Source of the DNA: Penicillus capitatus
Taxonomy: Eukaryota; Plantae; Chlorophyta
Assembly: GCA_965649825.1 (NCBI GenBank)
Contig: OZ287697.1
Coordinates: forward strand, 186,001-250,000
Direction of reading: 5' to 3'
DNA: 64,000 nt
In this document: positions 35,866 to 48,611 of the stretch, one piece after another
Layout: each line of letters starts with the position of its first letter
Position numbering within the stretch: the stretch's first letter is position 1
Translations under genes and position numbers: made by a program
Notes under the pieces: model-generated
The model's input: the letters and a program-made list of their open reading frames with translations, nothing else
Told to the model about the DNA's origin: nothing
Databases searched by the model: none

Positions 35866-36959
35866 CTCTTTAACGCAGAACGACTCGACGAGACTCGAAA
35901 CAGGTAAGGTTGCTTCACACGGCAGGCAACACGGATTCTTGCTCACAAGACAGAACGGCAATTCAAACGTCGACCGCTGACTCCACTCTCCATCATTGTC
36001 CCAATCTCCTACAATTGTAACATTTTCGTGGACAGACGATGACATCTGGAAAATCTTTACCTGCGAACAGTCGGCAAGACGGCGTCCGCCACTCTCCTTT
36101 GGCTTGGCTGTTTGAGGGGGCGAAGCTGCGAATGTATACAGACAGACTAGAGGCTTGAGACATCTCTTCTGTTTTTGCTGCGTGTTATAGTTAAAACAAG
36201 GAACTTGAACGATTGTTGAGTATGATTTTAGACGACATCAGTTCTGCAGACAACCGCCACACTACCAGGTACCTGAATAGTCCGTCACTTCTACGTTTGG
36301 CGGGTTTCCGAAAACTCTATTTTTCTTTCGTCCAAAAAGGGCAAGGAAGACTGATGTGTGGCAACCAACGGACAAATCCCTTGTCATTGAACTATAGGAT
36401 TTCTTGAAATGAGCGATTCCAGAACGGGTACGAGGTAAAATAAAACAGAGTGCACTCTTATAGTTTACCTTAGGAGAAGCTGTGCGAACTCTTGTACAGA
36501 TATGGACTCAAGTGATGACTTGATAGATTCGACGTCCAGGAAACATACGTGTCATTTGCATTCGAAAAACGGCGAAGATAACGTCCCACTACCAGCTGCT
36601 GTCCAGCTTAGCTTCACTCACTCTTTTTCAAACTCATTTGAGGTATTTGGAGACGAAACGCGTGGATAGAGTCTCGAGCTGTCGAAGATTAGTGACTGTT
36701 TTCCAGATGACTTCCGCAGCTATTAGATGTTCAGCTGGCAAAGGAGTTTTGTCTACCTACCGCACGTGTTTGTACAGATGATATGCAAGGTATCTTTTCT
36801 GTCGATCAAAAGCAACGCGTGGGCAAGAAGCAAGGAATACAACGTCGACACGACAGCCCGTGCGTGATGTTGACTACAGAGCCATCTGCATTTTGCATCC
36901 TTCACAACGAAAGCGGATACCTTGAATGATCTGCCACTCCTCTTCTCTCAATCACACCT

Positions 36960-37850
36960 AATCAGCACATATCCCCGGAAACGCCCCCAACAACGACTCC
37001 CATCCAGAAGCAGAGATTCGCTTAGGCCTGCGAGATCCGATAGCAAACCCAAGCGATTAAGGCCCAGATCGGATGCGACGAACGCAGCTTCCAGCTGTGC
37101 CTAGTGACCTTGAAGGGTGCACGCCCGTCGTTCCGTCGACTCGGCATCAGTCTGGAACGAAAGTTGAAAATGTCGGACCTGAAGGACTACATAGACGACA
37201 TCCGGGCTGATCACAGAGGCAGATTCTACGTACAGATCCGGGCCGAACGGTTCAAGAAGTTCGAGACGGCGCTCGACCGATGCTTGGACTGTACTGATGC
37301 CAGATGGAACCTGGAACTGGACGACATCGGCACCTTCGAAGTCAACGACCCGCATCTCTCGCCCACCGAAGACAAGACCTCCCGTCGTCATCGGCAATGT
37401 GGACACAGACATTGAAGCTGAAGCGGCCATCGCTGCTATCGCCGACCACAACGCCGCCCACTGAAACCTCTCGAGTATTGAGATCCAAGAAACGCACTTC
37501 GCGGCCCCGCACAAAATGAGCCGCAGGAAACGCGACCCATCCGGACAGCCCATGCAAGACTAGATCCCGAGCCGAAATGTGAAAGTGTATATTTCGAAGA
37601 CGTTACACGAGAAGTTGTTCGTAGAACAGAACATCCCGTACGCCACGCTGGATTACATGGTTTTACCAATCCGTCCCTTCGTTCGCCACACCGGTGCACC
37701 CCGGGGTGACACCTGATCACTCCGCTCACCTCCTGTCTTTCTTGGCTTCACTAGTGCGCCCACGAAGAGACAGCTGTTCGCCTCGCCTTTCCCGCTCCTC
37801 TAACTGTTGCCCGGCTTCTTCCATCCTACACATTTCATTCTTGCTTGCCA
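36960..37850 (+). pseudogene. 5'-truncated second copy of the ORF1-like element
   Basis: Aligns by eye to about 3170-4210 (LERKLKMSDLKDYIDDIRADHRGRF shared). Has its own stop and frameshifts, and the same terminal GAC ACC TGA. Confidence 0.7.
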
Positions 37851-38471
37851 CTGAACTCATCTGTGCACCAAATACAATGGGAACGGTCCTTCAACTGTTG
37901 TTAGACGCCCTCCCGATCTTTCCGAAAGGGAGATGTAAAAGCCTTAAAAGGAAAAAGAACCCATTTTAGTGTAGGCGGCGATGTAATTGACAACCATTTG
38001 TTGCCACAGTCGAGCACAACCATTCAGATGTTCTGATTCTACCCTTCATCGTTATCTTTATCCCCTACAATCGTAAAACTATCTCGAAAAGCAACCGAGG
38101 TCGACGAATTCATCATAGGAACCATCAAAGCGACTGTTTCGCCAGTTTCATCTGCGGCGGTTTGTTTTGGGTAAAAGTCCGTGGTAATTGATGGATTGAA
38201 AATGACGGCATGGTAGTGTCAGGGGAAATCTTCACTGTGTTACAGAGCACAGTATCTACAGGGCCACGTTCCCGTATTTGTAAGGATCCCGAGGTGACGT
38301 AAACCCTTAGTAAGTGCCCCCTCGGAGACAGAACCCTCGGAAATCTAGGCAGTCACGATGTGACTGCTCTAGTCATTCTGACAGGTAGCGAAGACACTAC
38401 GAAATGGACATCAGAAAGAACATTAACATTAATCCGCGTTCGTTCGTCGTTTCCCGCCGCCTCGCATCCGC

Positions 38472-39187
38472 TGTCGTGTTTGTCAACGGACGAGTTAACG
38501 ACGAAGGCGTAAAGCTTACAAAGACTGTTTGTACATTAAATATTAGAATTTAAACAATTCTTTGGACAGCTGCACGAAGGTGGACAGCTGTCCACTGACA
38601 TGGGCCCACCCCCTTTCCGTTGTGCAGACTCCGAATGATGCGAACGGAACACATTTCACGACAGTCGGGATGTCCTCAGGCTGGCCAGGAGTCGAGCCAG
38701 GGCCATCGTCACGTGGCTTCTCCCTCTGCGGCCCATTCGCCGCAGCTTTGTAGCTCTTATGTCTCTGAGACTTCAACGCCGACTCTGGAAATTTGAACCG
38801 TACTTCACAGCGACAACACGTCCGTGATGACCCAGATAGAAAACGTAAACACAGACAAAGTAACAACGAACGTAAACACAACAATGCGCAACAGTACGCT
38901 TATCGCAGCGTGAAACTGAAACGCAGCAACTCGGACGATGGAACGAACTACAGAATGCAGGTGGTAGGTAGAACGCTGTCACCACGGACGTGTCTTGGAA
39001 AGTCTTCAGTCTTCGATGACGGGATTCTATCGCCGGAATCTTTGTCGCTCCGAAACCATGTCGTGTTTGTCAACGGACGAGTTAACGACGAAGGCGTAAA
39101 GCTTACAAAGACTGTTTGTACATTAAATATTAGAATTTAAACAATTCTTTGGACAGCTGCACGAAGGTGGACAGCTGTCCACTGACA
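38472..39187 (-). mobile_element. TRIM (terminal-repeat retrotransposon in miniature), 716 bp
   Basis: Identical 129-bp terminal direct repeats (38472-38600, 39059-39187) with TG...CA ends and 4-bp TSD CCGC. On minus: PBS TGGTTTCGGAGC and PPT GGAAAGGGGGTGGG. Confidence 0.85.
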
Positions 39188-39346
39188 CCGCATGCGCGCC
39201 GACGGCGTCCGGTGCACCGCGCCGCGCGCATGACAGTAATAGTAACTGATTAACTAAAGACGACTACAACAGAACAATGTCATTCGGTCGAGCGCGTTTG
39301 GCATCGGCCACGGGTGCCGTAGTGAATATTTTAAAAGCCAAAACGT

Positions 39347-40003
39347 TTGACACCGAATTCATCATGGAGTCTCTATTTATTGCTTCGAGCGCAGCATCCC
39401 ATCGGTCTTGTCTATCGCATCAGACTGTCATCTTTCCGATCCCTCGTCACCAATGTGACTATCATGGTTCCGCACCATGAGGAGTTCACAACAGTTATGT
39501 TTAAATACGTGGAATATCCCCTTGCGTCGTTCTACTACCCTCCGTCGACATTACGTGATCACGCCAGCCTCTCGATTACTCAACCTCTTATCGATGCCCT
39601 GCCTCGTCCGAAGCACGCTTCCACCGCCTCGATGACTCAAGACACTGTTCACTGCTGCCAATTTCCCCTTTTGTTCAGCGAATGCGGACAACAAGACGCG
39701 AAAAGCTCCAACATGTCCACGAAGTTGCCCATCGATCGAATCCACACATCGTTGGGTCGCACATGGGATGATCCAATCAATATCTTCGAAAATCAAGGAA
39801 CGGATTGGAGTCCTTTAATCCTTTGCAGTTTCCTTTACCATCAACAAGAAGGCCTGGACTTCTCGATCTCGCAGACAAAATCTCGAGGCAGTCAACAGCC
39901 AACTCGTTTACCTGATGCCAAAAACAAACTTCTCGCTCCAAGGAGAAAGAACTCTTATTACTCATACTTGACTGGTCAAGAGCTGAGTTGTAAAAAAACA
40001 TGA
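39347..40003 (+). pseudogene. Possible decayed AP-endonuclease domain of a LINE ORF2
   Basis: Motif order FYYPP ... DRIHTSLG ... PTR loosely matches APE motifs YxPP, GDFNAHHxxWG and PTR. Lies downstream of the ORF1-like copy. Confidence 0.3.
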
Positions 40004-40769
40004 AACGTCCAAGCCGTTAGAGTTGTCTCCACAAGACCTCCCCATGAGCTGTCGCGTCCTTGTGCGATCTCATTGTGAACTTACGAAGTTCCTGTGATTT
40101 CGATTCCTTGTTTCGTCGGTTCCATCTCTGAAAGGACTACAAGGCAGAGTTGTTGATACCAAACACTCTTAAAAAACATTAGCATTGTTCTCTACCTCTC
40201 TTTCTTTGACCCTAGTCGTCTGATAGTTTCTATTAGCTCGCAGGAGCCGTGTGTTGGTATACAAATCCGAATTGACTTGGCGTCTTCACTTCGACGTCCT
40301 TCGACCCACTTAGACGTATACTGCGATTAAGAGCCGAGTCGATTTGGAGACGCGCATTGCTCTTCTTCTCTTTCATTGCGTCTTGGTCCACAACCGTCGT
40401 CTTGAGGAGAGCGCTCCTTCACACCGCGTTCAGAAAGATCACACAGTGGGCGAGATTGCTCGAAAAAGCGCGGGCGACCGGCATTTCTTCGCTGCTCTTA
40501 TGGAAGATCTCGTTTATCGAAGTGCCAATCAGATTACTGTAGGTAACAAAGATGTCGGACAAACAGAATAAATGCCATAAATCAACCTGCGCGGCCATTT
40601 GAAAGGAAAATCGCTGGGAAGCGGCAATCCATTCGGCACATGTCACAGGGAAAAGAATCATCGTCCCTCACTGCTTTCCATGCCCATAATTCAGCGCACC
40701 ACACACGCATGAAGAAGCAAAAGAAGAAAAAACGCTAACATGGGAACACCATAAGAAACTTCATTTGTA

Positions 40770-42371
40770 CTAAGTGGAAGTCTTTCTCGGCACAAAGTTC
40801 AACCAGATGCCGTTCTTAGCTTCGATGGCTAGTCCGGCTGTCACATTATCTGCCAAGTCTGCGTACGAGCCAACCAAGGAGACCTCGTACTTTTGAAGAA
40901 TAACAACGATGGCAACTCGCATCTCCAGCACCGCCAACTTCTGTCCGGGACAATCTCTGGGACCGGAGGAGAAATATATGTTGTGTGAACGGCAGATTGC
41001 TTCGTTGTTGAGCCATCTCTCTGGCTTGAAGCTTTTTGGATCGTTCCAGTCTGTGTCGATGTTGAACGCGCGGTTGCTAGGTCGTGTAATCAATGTCCCT
41101 TTCGGAATCATGTAGCCGAGAATATTCATGTCTCTTGGAACTTTTCGACGGACGGGTAAAGCAACAATGTGAGCCACTCGCATCCCCTCTTTAACGACCG
41201 CACTAAGATACTCCAAGTTTGACAGATCTTCGAACTGCAGATCCCGTCGCGTGCTTCCGTACAGACCGTGCTGCTCCAGCTCATCCAAGATCTTTCCCAT
41301 GACATCGGGACGACTGGCTAATAGAGCAAAAATCCAGCCGAGTTGATGACCAGTGGTGTCCATCCCACCAACGACGACACCCGCAATCTCGGCTAGGAGG
41401 AGGTCGTAGTCCACGCGCTTCTTCGTTTCTGGATCTGTCAGATGCTTCAATCCGTACCAGATGGGCTCTTCGCCGTTGACGGGGTCGTCTCGGGACAGTA
41501 TCTTGTCCGTAAGCTTTTTCCACTCGTCGTTCAATTTACTGACGATCAGGGTTCGATGCCGTCCAGCCTTTGAGCGTGGAAAGAGTTTGATGTAAAGGGC
41601 CTTGAGTGGATTATAGAGCAATTGTCTCGAGACGTATCCTATCTGCAGGATAAGATTGTGTATCTCTCGACTGCCATCCAAACCTCCCAGATTCTCGTCG
41701 AAGGCAATGGAACCGACGGCATCCAACGTCATCGACACGAACAGTCTCTGGACGTCGATTGGACCCTTCTCTCTCGCAGATTCGATGATGGAGATCATCT
41801 TTTGCATGACATCGTGGATCTTAGGCATTACCATCTTCAGATTATTCGATTGAGACGCGGTTAAGTACACTTTGCGAATGGCCTTGACGTATGGCGTCGC
41901 TTCAGCATGCAGCATGATTGATTTTGCTTGTGGATTGTTGCCCATCATCTGAACACAAAATCAAGTGATCTCATCCAACATCGGCGGCTCACCGGAATAG
42001 CGATAGCTGCGTTTTTAGTTTCTCGTGGAAAAGGATCAGTGTTGGACAACAGGTTGTTTCGTATGAACTCGTCATCTGTGACCAGTAACAAAACTTTGCC
42101 AAAAGCGTCAATCTACAGCAGAATTTCTTAGAGCTAAAACTGACAGCAAGCATCAAACCCGCATCAGCTTCGGATAATTGAGGCCTTTGAGGCCTTGTCC
42201 GACAAATTTCGGAAGGTTTCCGATCGCGTTGCCACAGACAAAGTCGAGAGTGTGACCCAGGATCGGCCAGCCAGGCGGCGTCGGTACCTTGTGGAGGTCA
42301 TACCTCCATCTGCGCCAGAGGGCACGCGTCACGAATGCGACGAGCAAAGAGCAGAAGACGGCAGTCCACAT
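40770..42371 (-). CDS. Cytochrome P450 (P450-9), ~503 aa
   Basis: Exons 42371-42159, 42112-41993, 41948-40770. Motifs GGMDTT, KEGMR, PERW, FSSGPRDCPG. Confidence 0.93.
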
Positions 42372-43259
42372 CTCTTTCACGTAAACGATTCGACGAGACT
42401 CGAAACAGGTGATGCTGCTTCACACGGCAGGCAACAAGATTTTTGCTCACAAGACAGAACGGATATTCAAACGTCGACCGCTGACTAAACTCTCCATCAT
42501 TGTCCCAATCTCCTACAATTGTAACTTGTTTGTGGACAGACGATGATATCAGGACAATCATTATTCGCGGACAGTCGAAACGATCGCGTCCGAGCAACAG
42601 CATGGTTCTGGAGCTAAGCGGTGCTCGGCACCTCGGAGACAGGCTTACCGCGTACCGTTCCGAACTAGATAAGTGGCCTTGAGTTTTCGTCTGCCTCAAA
42701 GATTCCGAAGAAAGGAACCGAACTGAGTGATGACTCTGAACCTCTCTCCCTCTAAACAAAGATCGACCTTCGGTTAATGCCTACGTTGTCGACAGCATCA
42801 TCGAAAAGATGACAGTAGTGTCTGCACGTAATCTTCCATTCCCTTCGATTGCACTGAATTCCGTGCGGCAATGCTAAACTCGAATAGATAGGTGATATCT
42901 TTCCCGTCCATACTCTCCCATTTTAGTGTCGTAATACAGATCAGAGAATAAGCTTGAGAGTGAAAGGGACGTTCGGCCGGATTTTCATGCTCCAACGCTC
43001 CTTTACACATTCAAAACTCATTGGCCAAATCTTTCAGGTTCGTTCAAAATGAAATGAGATTTTAATTGAGCGTTTGTTGAAATTGAAGCTTGATCTCTTC
43101 CAAACAAGAATGACAATACAACCCATACATGTCTCAACCCCGATTCCTAAAAAACAATACTCGCAAAATCGAGCAGCTCGTGTGAAACCATGCCACCGAC
43201 CTATAAATCCTGTTTGCTGTCCTCGCAGAAATACGAAAAACGAGAGGAGCAATTCATAC

Positions 43260-46200
43260 TCATGGAGCAAGGAGATGGATAAGAGCAGTATACGTTTCAT
43301 GGGAACAGTCGGAATCCCTTTCGGCGCATACGACATCCAACGGAATTAATCCAAAATTACCAGCGACCTGCTTCGACGCGCCGGCTGTCACCAGATCCTA
43401 TCACCAACCACAGAATCACATCTCATCATCAAGGCATGCGATGTATCTCGCCTCTGCTACTCCTAGCGCTCCAGTGAACGATGCGAGATGAAGTGGTGTC
43501 CATCCACCCTTCTCGGCAGCATTGACGTCTGCATGGTGATTGATCAGAGCCTAAGAAGACAGATTCATAAAAGAATGAGAAGGGAAGCTGCCCAGAAGTC
43601 TGCCTTTGCAATGTTGTCGTATCCGAAGTATGCGGCTTGATGAAGTGCCGTCCATCCATCATTCATGACCTTGTTGACATCTGCTCCATGATCCATGAGA
43701 CACTGTTAACGCAGGTGCAGTGCGGGAGAGACAACAGATCGGATGGAACTTTTGCGGCGAGGAAATGGCCTCGAGATGTTGCTCGATGGAGCGGTGTCCA
43801 TTGATAGGCGTCCAGTACATCGCACATTGCTCCATGGTCGATCAGAATCTAACAATGGATGTCTCAGACAAAACAAGAATCCTCCGGAATTCAAGTTCAC
43901 CTCAACACCTTTCGTGTATCCATAATCAGCTGCAACATGGAGTGGTGTCCATTTGCTCACGTATTCAACTGCATCGATCTGAGCGCCGTGGTCAACAAGA
44001 AGCTACAGGTATACGTTGAGGCAGCGAGCAGGGTGGAATTGGAAAGGAGGCGTGCCATGACAATATCGGTGTATCCAAGAGCAACAGACATATGAAGAGG
44101 GGTCAACCCTTCGAAGTCAGCAGTATTGATCTCTGCGCCTTGATCGATAAGAAACTGCGAAAGACAGCGCGTGGTGTTGGATTATTAGAGAGACGGACGG
44201 ATGGGTTAACCTTAGACATCTCTGTATGACCGTTCCGCACTGCCTTGCTCAGTGCTGTCTTGCGTTCCACGTCGAAGGCATTCACACGTGCACCGTGATC
44301 GATGAGGAGCTGCACATAGAAATGCTGTTGGTCCGTGGTGCAGAAGACGTTTATTTTTCACCTTTGCCATCTCTATAAATCCATAACGAGCAGCGCAATG
44401 CAACGGAGTTCTGTTATCGATCGACAACGCTTCGATCTTCGCTCCGTTATCGACGAGTATCTGTCGGCAGGTATCTCCTGATCGCGCGACCCGTATGGAG
44501 CAAGAGCGCTTCACCTTGGCAATTTCGAGATATCCTTGACATGCTGCCTGATGAAGCACGGATTGGCCATTATTCATGGATGCATTGACATCCGCTCCAT
44601 GATCCACAAGCACCTATGCATGTCAGTCAGTCTGATACCATAGAGCATGCGACCCCCGGTCGATCGCACTTGCACACTCCGAATGTGATTGTTTTCGATT
44701 GCTGCATGAAGTACCGACATGCCTTTGCCGTCAACAGCGTCAATCTTTGCTCCACGATCCAGAAGGATCTGTGAACAGACACACGTACCCACCCATACGT
44801 TATCCGGAACTCCTTGAATGCATTGTTGAGTCTACCTCAACCAAGTCCGCAAACCCTGAGAACGCTGCAATGTGAAGTGGCGCCCATCCAATGTTCTCTG
44901 CCAGGTCGATGTCTGCTCCTTCATCGATCAGTATCTTGTGTGCGTACACAGCAGCCACTGTCGATCTGTCTTGAGTCGAGAGAAACTCACCACGGCCATC
45001 CCTGTATGTCCATAACGTGCGGCCAGATGGAGGGCTGTCCATCCGTTGTTCTTGACGATCCTGACATCAGCTCCATGTTCGATAAGAAACTGCAGATGTC
45101 CAGCACTCATCACTGCAGTTCGGATATTGAAGAGCATTTCTCACTTTCACAACGTCGGTGTGATTGAATCGCGCTGCTCTGTGAAGTGGTGTCCCGCCTT
45201 CTATGCTTAACGCATCAACCTCTGCGCCGTTGGCAACCAGAATCTGTCAACCACCCGCTTCCTGAGTCTATTGCCATACAGTACTCGGCATCCACCTTGA
45301 CGATACTCGTGTGCCCTTCATTTGCCGAGAGATGCAGTGGCGTCCATTTCTCGTTGTCCCTGGGGTCAATCTCGGCTCCGTGACGGATCAGGACCTGTGA
45401 GTAGAGACATCAGCTGCCGCCATTACTGGATGCAATCCGTGTTCACTTTGGCGACCTCTGTGGTTCCTTGATGCGCTGCGCCGTGAAGAGGCGTCAATCC
45501 TCGGTATTCAACGGCTTCGATGTTTGCTCCATGCTCAATGAGCAACTGCCACAACGCACCCATTGCCCAAGGGGTTTGCAATAGCGATAGAGTTTACTTC
45601 TGCGATCTTGGAATATCCGTACTTCGCTGCACCGTGAAGTGGCTTCTGTTCTTCCGTGTAGACAGCATCGGGATCTGCCCCGTGTTCAAGAAGTATCTAC
45701 ATCGATGCTCATGGACTGGACGAAACGATCTTAGAATGTGCCTGAACGACGCTGGCGTGACCCTTAAGAACTGCCATATGAAGTGGAACAAAGTGGTGAA
45801 CAGTGGTGGCATTGACACGCGCTCCATGCTCCAACAGAATCTGCAGATGAACATCTGCCATAACATGTGCGACCCCGCTATCGATTTCGACGCCACCTTT
45901 GAGATCTCTAAGGATCCTTGAAACGCCGACATGTGAAGCGCTGTCCAGTTTTGATGATCGACCGATTCGAGATCGGCTCCGTGATTGACCAGCTCCTGCC
46001 GGCACACATGAACAGCGTTCAGGCCATCTGGACAGTACCTTGAGAATTTTAACGTATCCACGAATCGCTGCGAAATGAAGAGCTGTCGTTCCATCATTCG
46101 TCAGAGGGATGTTGACATCGGCTCCATAATCCATAAGAACCTGTACACGTGTGACGGCTGTGTCCGACTTCCTTTGATCGGCACTGACCTTTGCCGTTTC

Positions 46201-48463
46201 ATTGTGTCCATAGTAAGCTGCGTGATGCAGTGCGGTATCATTGTTCTTCATGACAGCATTGACGTCTGCCCCAGATTCCAGAAGAACCTACACTTATGGA
46301 CTTCCCTTCCCCCCATACCATAACTCGATTTCCCCCACCTTCACCACGTCAATGTGTTTGTTGATGGCAGCCTCAAACAATGGCGTCTCTCCATCGTTTG
46401 CTCTGCTGTTGACGTCAGCTCCATAGAGGATCAATATCTGTCAAATGCTTTCGAGATCAGCTGCTAGACGTAAAGAGTGATCAGCACCTCGACGATCACT
46501 TTGTGTGCGTTCACCGCTGCTCTGTGCAACGGACGTCGGCCGTTTTTGTCTTTGACATTGACATCAGCTCCGCCAACGATAAGAGCCTTCAGCGAGATAT
46601 CATCGACAGCAAAGGACACAGGAGCAGTCATACATGCACTGCCTCAAGATTTCCGTTCGATGATGCTTTGTGCAATGGCGTGTCGCCCTCTGGATTGACG
46701 GCACTGACGTTTGCTCCTCTCTCTATAAGCACCTGCATCACATCGATCTGTTCAATCGTGCGCCAGCAGCGCGAGATGTACTGGAATGACAACACTGCCT
46801 CCCTCTGTTGCCATATGCAAAGCACTGACACCCATTTCGTTCAGAGCATTCACATCTGCTCCATTATCCAAGAGCCACTGATACGACACTTGGTTCAGGA
46901 TATGGAGTTGCAAGGGACGTCATCTCACACCTTCACGGTACGCAGATCTCCATTGCTGGCTGCGATATGAAGAGGATGGCGTTCATTTGCTTCCGTTCTT
47001 GTTTGCTCCGTGGCATTTTCTGTAAACAACTGAAACGAGAAGTGTGATCTGATTGTTCATTGATGGTCGGTCACACCTTTACGAGGTCGAAGTGTTTATT
47101 GTCCGCGGCTACGAACAGAGGCTTCCATCCAGCGTCATCCGACGCTTCTATATCAGCACCCTTTTCGATGAGCACCTGATGCGACAGTTTGATCAAGGCA
47201 AGTAGACTCGGCGTATATCGGATCTCGCTTTCGCAGAAGCTAGTTGCCCCGATGCTGCTGCCATGATCAGCGGCGTCTGTCCCTCTGTGTCTCGTGCGTC
47301 AACGTTCGCTCCATTCTCGATCAGCACCTGTCGATCCTATGCTAGAAACGGAGAAGGGCAAAAGTGCGATGCTCACGCTGGCAACATCGACATGTCCTTT
47401 CTCTGCTGCAATGTGTAAGGCAGTCTGTCCATCTTTTCGAAAAGCGTTAACGTCTGCTCCCTCTTCGATCAGGATCTGTTTCATGCTGGCATTGTTTGTT
47501 GGTTTGCATTAAGTGATCGCACTTTTGCGGAGGCGTTTCTTCCTTGAGAAGCAGCGTTATGGAGGGATGTTCTTCCGTAGTGATCGGCGGCATTGATACC
47601 AGCGCCGTACTGGATAAGCACCTAGAAACCGCAAGGGTCGATGCCTCCTGGCTTCTTTGTGATTCTGGAGTCGCACTTTCATGACAGAGCGTTGTTCGTT
47701 CTTTGCACTCAGACTCAATGGACTCTCTCCATCTACGTTCATTGCATCTAACATCGCTCCAGATTCTGCCAAGTACTAGATGACACAGACACGTATGCAG
47801 ATCTACAGGATGGAGACAAGAGAGACAGAGATGCACCCGACATTCGAGAAGTCCATCCGCAAAAAACTGTCCACGCGCATTGCTAATCACAACCAAACGG
47901 GAACTCTTGTCTCGAAGAACATCAGCCGATTGGACGATGCATTCTGGTCAAGAAAGACAGGTGACTGTTCGCAGCTGACCTTTGCCACAGCTGCGGATCC
48001 ATAAGTTGCCGCCACATGTAATGGAGTCATCAGCCGTTCGTTCATTTGATGGATGTCCGCCTCGTGCTCCACTAGAACCTTCACACAAACGGGTCAGTGT
48101 CCCAAGACGCGTCAAGGAGACAGACGTGGTGTACCTTGACACAGTCGAGTGCATCGAACGCCGATGCCCAGTGCAGCAGCGTCGAGCCTTGGCCAAGGGA
48201 GCCGTGCTTCGTATTGTCAACGTGGTAGGTGGCGTTGGATGAGAGGCCTTCGGCGAGAAGATCAGCAGCTTTCCAGTTTTCATCCTTCTCGAAGGCTTTC
48301 AACATTTCCTGAAGGTATTGGCAAAGCGCAGATAGTGTTTAGATGGAATAAATAGGCAGTGTGTTTGTTGTACGAGTAGTTCTTGCTGCCGAGGCGTCAC
48401 TGTCTTGGTTTTGAGAGATGTGGCAAGATCATCTCTGTTCGGATTTTTGACGGATTCGAATAC
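43260..48463 (-). CDS. Long ankyrin-repeat protein (~31 repeats); possibly the C-terminal part of a protease-ankyrin fusion
   Basis: Exon 48308-48135, then 30 phase-0 exons of 96-102 nt (48078-47980 through 43550-43452), each LI..GADVNA....G.TPLH.AA..G, then terminal exon 43397-43260. Likely upstream exon 48463-48374. Confidence 0.85.
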
Positions 48464-48611
48464 CTACAAGACACGAGTTAGTGCGTGCATCTGATTTACA
48501 GCGAGGGGCATGTCAATAGGCAAACTCGATCTCGATCGTGTCCAGAGGCAACTGGATTTGCAGGGAAGAGAGATAGAGAGGAGGTGCAATTGTAATCGGA
48601 AAGGGGGGTGA

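Noticed and set aside
38543-38884. 113-aa ORF shared by both TRIM copies (also 51459-51800)
   Set aside because: Conservation follows from near-identical DNA. Non-ATG start, runs into the LTR, no domain recognised.
43400-48100. ~150-bp periodicity suggesting a CRISPR array or satellite
   Set aside because: Explained by 99-nt ankyrin exons plus ~50-bp introns. No identical direct repeats and no cas genes.
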